From Thermodesulfobacteriota bacterium (GTDB lineage Bacteria; Desulfobacterota; Desulfobacteria; Desulfobacterales; SURF-7), in contig JBMORA010000001.1 of NCBI GenBank assembly GCA_049320885.1, positions 402,622-466,621 of the forward strand: 64,000 nt of DNA, given 5' to 3'. Positions 55,658-64,000 of the stretch are shown here, piece by piece (within the stretch, counting starts at the first letter, position 1; the number at the start of each line of letters is the position of its first letter). Position numbers and translations under genes: made by a program. A model generated the notes under the pieces. The model had not been told where the DNA came from, did no database searches, and saw nothing but the letters and a program-made list of their open reading frames with translations.

Positions 55658-57058
55658 TTATTGCAAGCCCATACCGATCCGGAATCGTTCCTTGCCGTTC
55701 TTGTCCTTGGTAATGGCGGAAAGAAAAACCACCTCTTCAAAAACAGGCGAATCCTCAAGCAATTCTACAATTTCCCTTGCCGAATCGGCCAGCCCGACGA
55801 TCTGCACACCGCCTTTCTGGAGAGCAAATTCCTGAATCCAGGCAGTGGTGGGAACGCGGGTGCTGAGTTCATTCAACAGCACCAGCGTCGGAATCCGCCC
55901 GCTACGCAGTTGGGCTAGCGTCTCGATCCGGGATTCCATGGCTTCTGCCTGCCGGACCATGTTTTCGATTTCCTTCACTTCCTCCTGGAGACCGCTCAAT
56001 TCCTTGTTGAGACCGGACAAGGCCATCCGGTGCCGGACGACAAGACTTCCGGACCAGGAAACGACGGAGATCAGCGTCAGCAGGACGAGGGCCAGCATGG
56101 TGTAATAGCCGATGCGGCTCGGTTTTTTACGCAGCTTTTCCGGCAGGAGATTCACCTTTGTCGCGGCATCACGCAGTCCCTTGCAGGCCAGCCCGTAAGC
56201 CGGAGCGAAATCCGCGGAAGGCAGCCCGGAATTCCCGGTGCTCACCGGATCGATTTCCCGTGACGCCTTTTCCCGGATACGATCCAGAAGGCGCTCCGAT
56301 CCGGGCGATCCATAAAAGCTCCAGTGGAAGGGACCGCCGATTCCCTGTCTCTGGTTCTCGGCCGTTTCCAGGTTTGCCGCCAGCTCCGCTGCCAGATCGT
56401 CGCCTTCGTCCGTCGGCTGGATCAGCTTGGAATATTCCAGCCGCCCTCCCCGGTAAATGCAGATTTCACCGCTTTTGTTTCCGGCCCGGATCACGGCCTG
56501 GGAGGTCTGCTCCCCGCCCGGGCCCTGAAACTCCAGAAAACCCGCAAAGGCCGTGGCGCCGATTTCGATTCCTCCCAAATTCCGGCCGAGGTGGGTAGCC
56601 AACGGCAGGTATCCGTCCAGATCCCGTTTGCGCATCGCAAACAGCAGGATCCGCAACGTGTTTTGCGAACGGTTTTCCTCCGTGATCAGATAATCGAAGT
56701 AGATTTCGTCGGCGGGCAAGGGAACGTATTTGGGCATTTCATATCCCAGAGTGGCGCGCAGGTTTTCCTTCACGGAAAGCGGAAGACCGATTTCACGCAC
56801 AATGACATGCTCCCTGGGGATGGCGACAAATATTTCCGCTGGCCCCATGCCTTCCTGCCGGCTCATTTCATTGACGACATCGGCAATCACCTTGACCCTG
56901 TCGTTCAGATGCAGGCTGCCGTCAAAACCGACCGTGTTGCAGGCCGAAAGGCGAACTCCCTTGAAGCCGTCCTTCAGCGCCACGACGCTGAAACTTTCGG
57001 CCCGGATATCAATCCCGATGCTGTTCTGAAATAACAAAAACCGCCTCCTCCGCCGCAC
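55658..57058 (-). CDS. gspL: Type II secretion GspL (PilM-like cytoplasmic domain + PilN domain)
   Basis: IGIDI, YEMPKYVP, VNLLP-TM, LLNELS..VP...W, LEDSPVF. Confidence 0.85.
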   Translation of the reverse strand: MRRRRRFLLFQNSIGIDIRAESFSVVALKDGFKGVRLSACNTVGFDGSLHLNDRVKVIADVVNEMSRQEGMGPAEIFVAIPREHVIVREIGLPLSVKENLRATLGYEMPKYVPLPADEIYFDYLITEENRSQNTLRILLFAMRKRDLDGYLPLATHLGRNLGGIEIGATAFAGFLEFQGPGGEQTSQAVIRAGNKSGEICIYRGGRLEYSKLIQPTDEGDDLAAELAANLETAENQRQGIGGPFHWSFYGSPGSERLLDRIREKASREIDPVSTGNSGLPSADFAPAYGLACKGLRDAATKVNLLPEKLRKKPSRIGYYTMLALVLLTLISVVSWSGSLVVRHRMALSGLNKELSGLQEEVKEIENMVRQAEAMESRIETLAQLRSGRIPTLVLLNELSTRVPTTAWIQEFALQKGGVQIVGLADSAREIVELLEDSPVFEEVVFLSAITKDKNGKERFRIGMGLQ

Positions 57059-57100
57059 GGGAATTCTGCTTCCCGGTCCGTATTTCCTGGTTCACGCTCC

Positions 57101-58153
57101 TCACCTGGCAACGGGCATATGGTCAAACCATTGCACGATACGATATTTTTCCTTGGATTTCAAATCAAGATAGATCATCGCGCTGATTTCCTGACGCACC
57201 TTTCCTTCGGCGAACAGCCCCCGGGACGTAACCCGGAAATACGGCGACAGGGAGAAGGTGATATAATTCTGCGTGGCGGCGTAAGCCTCGGCGCCCACAA
57301 GTGTCAGGTAATCCCCGTTGGAAGCGATGTCCTTTTCCCGCCGATAGGTATGGACCGCTGCCACGATTTCAGGGGTGAAACCCGGCAATAAGAGCAACAG
57401 CGCCGGCGGAGCCGCATTGATGTTGAATTTGTTGTAATTAAAACCGGTTTTGGCGACGGCGGCGCCTGGAGCGGCGCCTGTTTTTGTTTCCACGGCCTTT
57501 CTCGAGGGATATACCGTGACCGTCTGCCGGAAACATTCGTGAAAAATACCCGGGGTGATTCCTTTTACCAGCAGAAGCTCTTCAACGCTGTCAAAATCAC
57601 CGTTTTTGCAGTGGTAGGGGTTCGGCAGGGACTGGTAGTAGTCCTCCTCGGCGCCGTGCATGCGATGGAGGTCGTCACTGTCGCGCCAGTCCATAATCGA
57701 ATCCACGATGGCGCTCTTTTCATCCTCGCTGATCGGAAGCCCCTTCAGGAGAAGGAGGATCAGCGCCTGGTCGGCAAGATTGATATTCACTTTGCCGCCT
57801 TCGTTGTCGATCCTCACCATGATCTGTCCTTCTCCGAAAGGAATCGCCGGGATTTCGGTATTGACGCGCCAGTCGATGTCAGCCCCCTCCTCTTTCGCCA
57901 CTTCCGAGGCGGGGCGGGGATTGAACATCGTCCGCAGCATCTGGTAAACGGTCAGATGGATGCCCCCCAAAGCCGCATAATATCCCTGGCTGGTTTCCTT
58001 GAAATTCCGGGCGATCATCAATTCCGTGCGCATGGAACGAGAGAATTCGGCGGCGATGACGGACAGGAAAGCCAGCACCCACAGCACCAGCAGCAGGGCA
58101 ATCCCTTTTTGATTGCAAGTATCCCCCCGCGGTTTCATCCTATCTGCCCTCAT
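57101..58153 (-). CDS. gspK: Type II secretion minor pseudopilin GspK
   Basis: GIALLLVLW, EGGKVNINLA, DWRDSD, GAEEDYY, VEELLLVKG, NINAA. Start 58153 or 58138. Confidence 0.92.
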   Translation of the reverse strand: MRADRMKPRGDTCNQKGIALLLVLWVLAFLSVIAAEFSRSMRTELMIARNFKETSQGYYAALGGIHLTVYQMLRTMFNPRPASEVAKEEGADIDWRVNTEIPAIPFGEGQIMVRIDNEGGKVNINLADQALILLLLKGLPISEDEKSAIVDSIMDWRDSDDLHRMHGAEEDYYQSLPNPYHCKNGDFDSVEELLLVKGITPGIFHECFRQTVTVYPSRKAVETKTGAAPGAAVAKTGFNYNKFNINAAPPALLLLLPGFTPEIVAAVHTYRREKDIASNGDYLTLVGAEAYAATQNYITFSLSPYFRVTSRGLFAEGKVRQEISAMIYLDLKSKEKYRIVQWFDHMPVAR

Positions 58154-58172
58154 GATGTTTCGCCGATGGTTC

Positions 58173-58820
58173 TCACAATCCCAAGCTGCGAACGGGGATG
58201 ACGGTAACGATGGGAAAGTCATCCGCTCGATCCTGAATGCTGATCTTCACGGCCTGGGGAAGACCTTCTTCCGCTGCCGGGTCCCATTGCGGCTGCCAAT
58301 CATAGATGTTCTGCGTATCCGGGGGCTTTAAAAACTGAAAAAGGATCGAATGCATCCCTGCCAGCAGCCTGCGTCTTCCGGTCTCTGGTGCCGTCGCATC
58401 GACATCCACAGGTGCCGCCGCCGTGGGCGCCTTTTCCTCGATCAGAAACAGTTCGGCCCCTTGGGAGGTCTCCTCGACGATATATTGACTGTAGACATCA
58501 CCGAATCGGTTCCGTGGATCCAGCGCCAGTTTTGAAATCATGGACATTCGTTGCTCATGGCCCTCGAAAGCGGCCGGTTTTTCCGAGCTTCGGAGTACTT
58601 CCAAGGGGGCCAGGGAAGCGATCTGCTTTTTCATCAATTCTAGGACGACGCGCAGGCGCTGTTGCCGTTCGATGTCCCGCTCCCCCCTTTCCCAGGCCCG
58701 CAGTCCAACCCTGAATATCCCGAAAATCAAGCCGATGATGATGGCGGTGATGGCCATGGAAAGCAGCAGTTCCAGCAGGGTAAAACCGCCGCCACCTTCC
58801 CGTTGGAGTTTATTTTTCAT
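58173..58820 (-). CDS. gspJ: Type II secretion pseudopilin GspJ
   Basis: GFTLLELL prepilin motif; W..QW...LPQAVKI. Confidence 0.85.
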   Translation of the reverse strand: MKNKLQREGGGGFTLLELLLSMAITAIIIGLIFGIFRVGLRAWERGERDIERQQRLRVVLELMKKQIASLAPLEVLRSSEKPAAFEGHEQRMSMISKLALDPRNRFGDVYSQYIVEETSQGAELFLIEEKAPTAAAPVDVDATAPETGRRRLLAGMHSILFQFLKPPDTQNIYDWQPQWDPAAEEGLPQAVKISIQDRADDFPIVTVIPVRSLGL

Positions 58821-59256
58821 CGGCCAGCCTTGCCGCCAATGCCAGGGTTTGCAGGTCGATCCGGCGTTGCCGTTCGCCGTCCGTCCAGGACACCTCCAGC
58901 TTTACATGAAACGGTTCGGGTTCGTCAGGCAGGATTTCCACTTCCTCCGGTTCCAATCGGGCGATCTCCGCTTTCCAGGAAAAACCGTCCTCCCAGCGGC
59001 CTTCGATCATGGTATCCTCCATCCGGGTCGCCAGAAGGATTTCCTCCATTTTCTCGCGGGCGTGGAAGACGGCCCGGGTATACCGATCCGCCAGGAAAAC
59101 CGCCCCCAGCCCTCCGGAGAAAAGCCGCAGCAGGATGATCAGCGCCGTGGCCAGAATCATGGTGGCGGCCAAGGTCTCGAAAAGAGTGAAACCGGCGGCG
59201 TTCGATGCGCAAACCGGAATCCGGTATGGCCAGCGGAAGACGTGTCTGCGTCGCAT
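58810..59256 (-). CDS. gspI: Type II secretion pseudopilin GspI
   Basis: GFTLFETL prepilin motif; short protein; position in operon. Confidence 0.82.
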   Translation of the reverse strand: MRRRHVFRWPYRIPVCASNAAGFTLFETLAATMILATALIILLRLFSGGLGAVFLADRYTRAVFHAREKMEEILLATRMEDTMIEGRWEDGFSWKAEIARLEPEEVEILPDEPEPFHVKLEVSWTDGERQRRIDLQTLALAARLADEK

Positions 59257-59796
59257 TCATTCTCCCAGGGACACGGCGCCGGTGATGGAATCGACCTCCA
59301 CGCGGCGGCTTCGGCCCATGGCGTCGCTCAACCGGATATCCGCGCCGGTGCAGTTGCCGATGGGGAAAAAAGTGATGATATCGATATCCGTTTCTAACGC
59401 CTCCTCCGGACCGGGCTCACAGGCGAGGGTCAGATTCACCGGCAGGTGATAGATTCGCTCGACGCCGTCATCGATTTCCTTCGACTCCGCCGCCGCATCG
59501 CCTTCCGGCGCTTTGGGAACGGCAACAAAAATCCGCCGGTCTTCGGGTTGGAACCACACCGCCATGGAACAGCTTCGGCTGACGGCCTGGCTGCGGGCGA
59601 ACCGCATGATTGCCGCAAGATCCCTGGCCGCCGTAACCAGAGGCAGTTTTTCATAGGAGCCGGATAAACGGGGAACCGCCATGGCCGCCATCAAACCGAC
59701 CAGCACCAGCACCACCATCATCTCCAGCAGCGTGAAACCCGCGGCATCTTCTTCATCACAACGCCCTCCGCGCGGCAAATCGGCTTCGGCAATCAC
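59257..59796 (-). CDS. gspH: Type II secretion pseudopilin GspH
   Basis: GFTLLEMMVVL, ARSQAV, ITFFPIG; GTG start just after the gspG stop. Confidence 0.85.
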   Translation of the reverse strand: MIAEADLPRGGRCDEEDAAGFTLLEMMVVLVLVGLMAAMAVPRLSGSYEKLPLVTAARDLAAIMRFARSQAVSRSCSMAVWFQPEDRRIFVAVPKAPEGDAAAESKEIDDGVERIYHLPVNLTLACEPGPEEALETDIDIITFFPIGNCTGADIRLSDAMGRSRRVEVDSITGAVSLGE

Positions 59797-59797
59797 G

Positions 59798-60226
59798 TCA
59801 TTCCAGATTTTTCCAGCTGACGACATCCTCGTCTTCCCCCTCTCCTCCGGGACTGCCATCCGCTCCATAGGAAAGGATATCAAAGTCGCCGTGCTCTCCC
59901 GGCGAACGGTACTCATACGGCCGCCCCCATGGATCCGTGGGGATATCCTTGGGCAGATAGGGGCCTTCCCATTTTTCCGCATCGTCCGGTTTGACGCGCA
60001 GGGCCGTCAGTCCCATTTCGGTTGTGGGATATTTCCCGACATCCAGACGATAGGTATCCAGGGCGGTTTCAAACAGGGATATCTGGGCCTTGGCCGATTT
60101 CTGCTTGGACTTGCCGACCTTGCCGAACATTCTCGGCCCCACCAGGGCGGCCAGCAACCCCAGAATCACCATGACAATCAACATTTCAATCAGCGTAAAC
60201 CCTTTTTGGTCTTTTCCGATCTTCAT
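59798..60226 (-). CDS. gspG: Type II secretion major pseudopilin
   Basis: GFTLIEMLIV, ALDTYRLDVGKYP, GPYL, DPWGRPY, SYGADG. Confidence 0.97.
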   Translation of the reverse strand: MKIGKDQKGFTLIEMLIVMVILGLLAALVGPRMFGKVGKSKQKSAKAQISLFETALDTYRLDVGKYPTTEMGLTALRVKPDDAEKWEGPYLPKDIPTDPWGRPYEYRSPGEHGDFDILSYGADGSPGGEGEDEDVVSWKNLE

Positions 60227-60237
60227 TCTCGCTTCCC

Positions 60238-61467
60238 TTAAAATGGTAGTTCATTCATGCTGAAAATGGCCATCAGCATCGAAATGACGATGAATCCGAC
60301 CACCACCGCCATAAGCAAAATCAATGCCGGCTCCAACAGGCTGATAAAGCGTTTCACCAGGTTTCGCAACGATTTTTCATAATTGTCCGCCACCCGCAGC
60401 AGCATTTCCTCCAGCCGGCCGGTCTCTTCTCCCACGGTGATCATCTGAAGCGCCAGGGAGGGGAAGACACCGGCGTGTTCGAGCGTTTTCGACAGGCGAT
60501 CCCCGGCCTTCACCCGGGTGTGGACCTGGTTCATGGACTGGGAAACGATCTGGTTGGCCAGTACATGGCGCACCAATTCAATTCCCTGCAAAATCGGAAC
60601 TCCGCTGCGGATCAGGGTGCCCAGGGTTCTGGCGAATCGGGCCACTTCCGCCTTTTTCACCAACTCCCCGATGAAGGGCAGGCGCAACTTCAGGGAGTCG
60701 ATGGACATCCGTCCCTTCTCCGTGCCCCGATAGCGGCGGAAACCGAATACCGCCAGGATCAATGCTCCCAGCAGAAGCCACCAGTAATTTCGTAACAATT
60801 CACTTCCTGCCAGCAAGAGACGGGAGGATAACGGGATGGAAGCACCCATATCCGAGAAAATGAAAGCGAATTTAGGAATCACGTACGTTATCAGGATGAT
60901 AATGGATATCCCGCTTACACACACCAGGAAGACGGGATACACCAACGCCGACTTGATAAAATCCTTCAAATCCTGGGAGCTTTCCAGGTACCCGCCGAGT
61001 CGTGAAAGCACCTCCTCCAAGACGCCGCCGGCCTCTCCGGCCCGCACCATGTTTACGTAAAAATCTGAAAAAACATCCGGGTTCTTTGCAAGGGCATCGG
61101 AAAGATAGGCCCCTCCCTGAACCGCGGCCAACATTCCGGCGATAATGGTCTTGAATTTCTTTTTTTCAGTCACCTCCACCAGGATGGCCAATGCCCGGTC
61201 GACAGGCAGGCCGGCTTCCAGCAGCGCCGAAAGATCCTGCGTGAACATCATGACATCCTTGCCGCCGATCCCCCCGAAGATCATGCCCGGCAGTTCCGCG
61301 GGATGATATTGAAACAGGCGCATCTGTTTTCCCGCCGGTGATATCCGGATCGGAATCAGGCCCATTTCCTGAATGCGCGCGGCCGCCGCCGATTCGTCCG
61401 CCGCGTCCAGCACCGCCCGGACAATTTTCCCGCTCGAATCCGATGCTTTGTAAGAAAAAATCGCCAT
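60238..61467 (-). CDS. gspF: Type II secretion inner membrane platform protein
   Basis: FTQDLSALLEAGLP, AGEAGG.L, ARTLGTL..SGVP, VGEETG.L, LLEP. Confidence 0.96.
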   Translation of the reverse strand: MAIFSYKASDSSGKIVRAVLDAADESAAAARIQEMGLIPIRISPAGKQMRLFQYHPAELPGMIFGGIGGKDVMMFTQDLSALLEAGLPVDRALAILVEVTEKKKFKTIIAGMLAAVQGGAYLSDALAKNPDVFSDFYVNMVRAGEAGGVLEEVLSRLGGYLESSQDLKDFIKSALVYPVFLVCVSGISIIILITYVIPKFAFIFSDMGASIPLSSRLLLAGSELLRNYWWLLLGALILAVFGFRRYRGTEKGRMSIDSLKLRLPFIGELVKKAEVARFARTLGTLIRSGVPILQGIELVRHVLANQIVSQSMNQVHTRVKAGDRLSKTLEHAGVFPSLALQMITVGEETGRLEEMLLRVADNYEKSLRNLVKRFISLLEPALILLMAVVVGFIVISMLMAIFSMNELPF

Positions 61468-61497
61468 AATGCTGTTTACAATCGACTCCCATCCACC

Positions 61498-61532
61498 ATT
61501 CGTAATTCCCAATTCGTAATTCGTAATTGCGT
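61498..61532. repeat. Tandem heptamer array (ATTCGTA consensus, 5 units)
   Basis: ATTCGTA ATTCCCA ATTCGTA ATTCGTA ATTGCGT. Confidence 0.85.
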
Positions 61533-63049
61533 TAATTATCGAGCGTCACCCGCAGCACTTCCTCAATGGTGGTGATGCCGGCCTTGACTTTGCGCCAGCC
61601 GTCTTCCCGCAGCGTGATGACGCCTTTTTCCTGGGCGATCTTCTTGATGCGCTCGGTGCTGGACCGGTTGGTGATCTCCCGCCGGATATCTTCATCCACC
61701 CCGATGTATTCAAAGATACCGATTCGGCCGCGATAGCCGGTAAAATGGCAGGTTTCACAACCCGCGCCGCTGAAAAAACGGATTCCAGCCAGTTCCTTCG
61801 GCTGAATGCGCATGGGGCGCAATAATTTGTCATCCGGCCGGGTCTCTTCTTTACAGTCCGCACAAATGACCCGGACGAGTCTCTGGGCCAGGATCCCGAG
61901 CAGGGTGGAACTGAGCAGAAAATGCTCGACCCCCATGTCCATCAGACGCGTGATGGCGCCGGCCGCGTCATTGGTGTGCAGGGTGCTGAACAGCAGATGC
62001 CCGGTCAGGGCGGATTGAATGGCGATCTGGGCCGTCTCCTGGTCGCGGATTTCACCCACCAGAATGATATCCGGGTCCTGCCGGACGATGGAGCGCAGTC
62101 CGTTCGCGAAATTCAGGCCGATTTTTGGATTGACCTGCAGTTGATTCACCCCCATCAATTGATATTCCACCGGATCTTCCAATGTGATGATTTTGCTTTT
62201 GGGCGAGTTGATCCGCTCCAGGGTGGCATATAAAGTCGATGTCTTTCCGCTTCCGGTGGGCCCCGTCACCAGGATCATACCGTAGGGCTGACGGATAATG
62301 TCCAGATAGCTTTCCAGAATGTCTTCGGGAAAGCCGATGGCGTGGAAATCCAGGACCAGGGAACCGCGATCCAGGATACGCATGACCAGGCTCTCACCGA
62401 ACAGAGTCGGCAGGGTCGAAACCCGGAAATCGATTTCCCGTTCGGCGATCTTGATTTTAATCCGGCCGTCCTGGGGCAGGCGCCTTTCGGCGATGTCCAG
62501 CTTGGCCATGATTTTCACGCGGGAAATGATGGCGGCCTGCAACCGCACCGGAGGAGACTCGGTCTCGTGGAGGATACCGTCGATACGATACCGCACCTTG
62601 AAGGCATTTTCGAACGGTTCGAAATGAATATCGCTGGCCCGCTGCTCGATGGCGTTCAGGATCAGGCGGTTCACCAGGCGAATGATCGGCGCTTCGGACG
62701 CCAGATCGCGCAGATGGTCGGCGTCCTCGTCCATGTAGGAAGTCAGGTCCTCCACATTTTTCCCGGCTTCCTCAATGATCATGTCCATGCTCTGGCTGCC
62801 GGCGCCGTACAAACGGTCGATGGCATCCTGGATATCCTCCGGTTTTCCAGGGCAGGTCTCAATCCGAAAGCCATAGGCGAAAGCGAGGGCTTCAACCGTA
62901 TAAAAATCGCCCGGGTCCGCCATGGCGATTCGCAGGATATCGCCATCCAGATGGATCGGCACGAAACCGGACGTCTTCATGAACTTGATCGACAGGTTGT
63001 CGATCACCACGGGCTCCTTGGGGTAGTCGGCTGAGGATAATGGGGTCAT
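61532..63049 (-). CDS. gspE: Type II secretion ATPase
   Basis: ASDIHFEP, RLPQDGR, GPTGSGKTS, LEDPVE, RQDPD..VGEIRD, TGH..STLH, CxxC..CxxC. Confidence 0.97.
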   Translation of the reverse strand: MTPLSSADYPKEPVVIDNLSIKFMKTSGFVPIHLDGDILRIAMADPGDFYTVEALAFAYGFRIETCPGKPEDIQDAIDRLYGAGSQSMDMIIEEAGKNVEDLTSYMDEDADHLRDLASEAPIIRLVNRLILNAIEQRASDIHFEPFENAFKVRYRIDGILHETESPPVRLQAAIISRVKIMAKLDIAERRLPQDGRIKIKIAEREIDFRVSTLPTLFGESLVMRILDRGSLVLDFHAIGFPEDILESYLDIIRQPYGMILVTGPTGSGKTSTLYATLERINSPKSKIITLEDPVEYQLMGVNQLQVNPKIGLNFANGLRSIVRQDPDIILVGEIRDQETAQIAIQSALTGHLLFSTLHTNDAAGAITRLMDMGVEHFLLSSTLLGILAQRLVRVICADCKEETRPDDKLLRPMRIQPKELAGIRFFSGAGCETCHFTGYRGRIGIFEYIGVDEDIRREITNRSSTERIKKIAQEKGVITLREDGWRKVKAGITTIEEVLRVTLDN

Positions 63050-63441
63050 GTCCGTCTTTACTTTCGTCCCGGTTACAGATAATAGCTCCGCTTTTCAGCC
63101 GGACGGCTTCGACGCGCAGTTCTTCCAACCTCGTGAATCCTTCTTCCGGAAGAGTGGTAATGATCTCGTCTCCAGAACAAGGCGACAGCTCCGCATCCTG
63201 CTTTCCAGGCCGTTCGTGCGTCCATCCATTGACCATGAATGCCCAGGCTTGTCAAGAAAATAGAGCCATCAACGATCCAAACCAGAACCTGCGGATTATC
63301 TTACATTTTTTTCAGGAAAAGTCCATCCCAATCAACGATCCGGAACCCCGGCCGCCCGGGAATGAAACCAACGGCCGGTCAGCCGGGCTCTGAAGGCTTC
63401 GGCCGAACCCTCAGGGCCGCTGCCAAGGAATTGCATCCGCC

Positions 63442-63470
63442 TTGACACGCCGACGCCTTTTGCATATACT
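63442..63470 (+). promoter_or_regulatory. sigma70 promoter for the FecR-domain gene
   Basis: TTGACA-N17-TATACT. Confidence 0.7.
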
Positions 63471-63522
63471 CGTCTATAATCTTTTTTTTACCAATATATA
63501 TAATAATTTACGTCGGTGAACC

Positions 63523-64000
63523 ATGAACAGACAACAACTCCCGGTCATCCTGTTATTCCTGTTCTTTTTACCCGCCCTTATTTCCGCGGCAGACAAGATC
63601 GAACGCGACGACGTTCCAAAAAGCGCCGAAATCATCTCGGTGGCGGGGGAAGGCTGGATGCGTTTTGTCACCGCCACCGACTGGCAGGCCGCCGTCCGGG
63701 ACCAGGCCCTGTCCGCCGGCGATGCCATCCGGACCGGCGACCACGGCCGGATGGGCCTCCTGTTCACCGACGGCATTCAGATCAAGGTGAATCGCAACAC
63801 CCTGCTGGCCATCCAGGATCGCCAGGGCAAGGCCCCGCAAGGGAGCTGGCCCCTGACCCTGAATCTCCGGATCGGTGAAATCTGGAGCCGGTCGAAAACC
63901 ATCCCGGACGGCATGCGGGTGGAAACCCCCTCCGCCACGGCCGCCATCCGGGGTACGGACTGGGATATCCTGGTGGATGAACAGGGACGCAGCTATCTGA
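63523..64000 (+). CDS. Secreted FecR-domain protein (partial, runs off the window; absent from the ORF track)
   Basis: Own translation: MNRQQLPVILLFLFFLPALISA...GDAIRTGDHGRMGLLFTDG...ETPSATAAIRGT. Confidence 0.88.
   Translation, partial: MNRQQLPVILLFLFFLPALISAADKIERDDVPKSAEIISVAGEGWMRFVTATDWQAAVRDQALSAGDAIRTGDHGRMGLLFTDGIQIKVNRNTLLAIQDRQGKAPQGSWPLTLNLRIGEIWSRSKTIPDGMRVETPSATAAIRGTDWDILVDEQGRSYL

Noticed and set aside
51938..63049. Type IV pilus or competence locus
   Set aside because: Canonical GspG, GspK and GspD motifs and the gene order indicate T2SS; there is no PilT. The prepilin peptidase is simply not in this window.

Overview
GC-rich bacterial window; gene content suggests Desulfobacterota (inference). 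The first 7.2 kb carries ordinary genes: HPt protein, REC-HD-GYP regulator, M14 peptidase, cytidylate-kinase-like protein and a large MscS. The remaining ~56 kb looks like one cell-surface locus with five parts. (i) A + strand operon (7.5-20.5 kb) with Arn-like logic (GT-C-like membrane protein, polyprenyl-P GT2, small DMT flippase, two DegT aminotransferases, dehydratase) plus tailoring enzymes. (ii) A convergent - strand Wzm/Wzt glycan cluster (20.6-35 kb). (iii) A - strand block encoding a CAP-domain protein, a probable S-layer protein, a secreted protein with a GP42-type transglutaminase domain, a UshA-like selenoprotein and a lipoprotein. The selenoprotein has an in-frame UGA in a CxxU motif followed by a SECIS-like hairpin, and the ORF track splits it in two. 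(iv) An SBP / histidine kinase / sigma54 activator / TonB-receptor module, with a -24/-12 promoter in front of block iii. (v) A gspE-F-G-H-I-J-K-L-M-C-D type II secretion operon. A partial FecR-domain gene ends the window. Best candidate for an undescribed system: a dedicated T2SS exporting a glycosylated S-layer that is cross-linked by a transglutaminase and serviced by a periplasmic CxxU selenoprotein. All family calls come from reading motifs by eye; no database searches were run.
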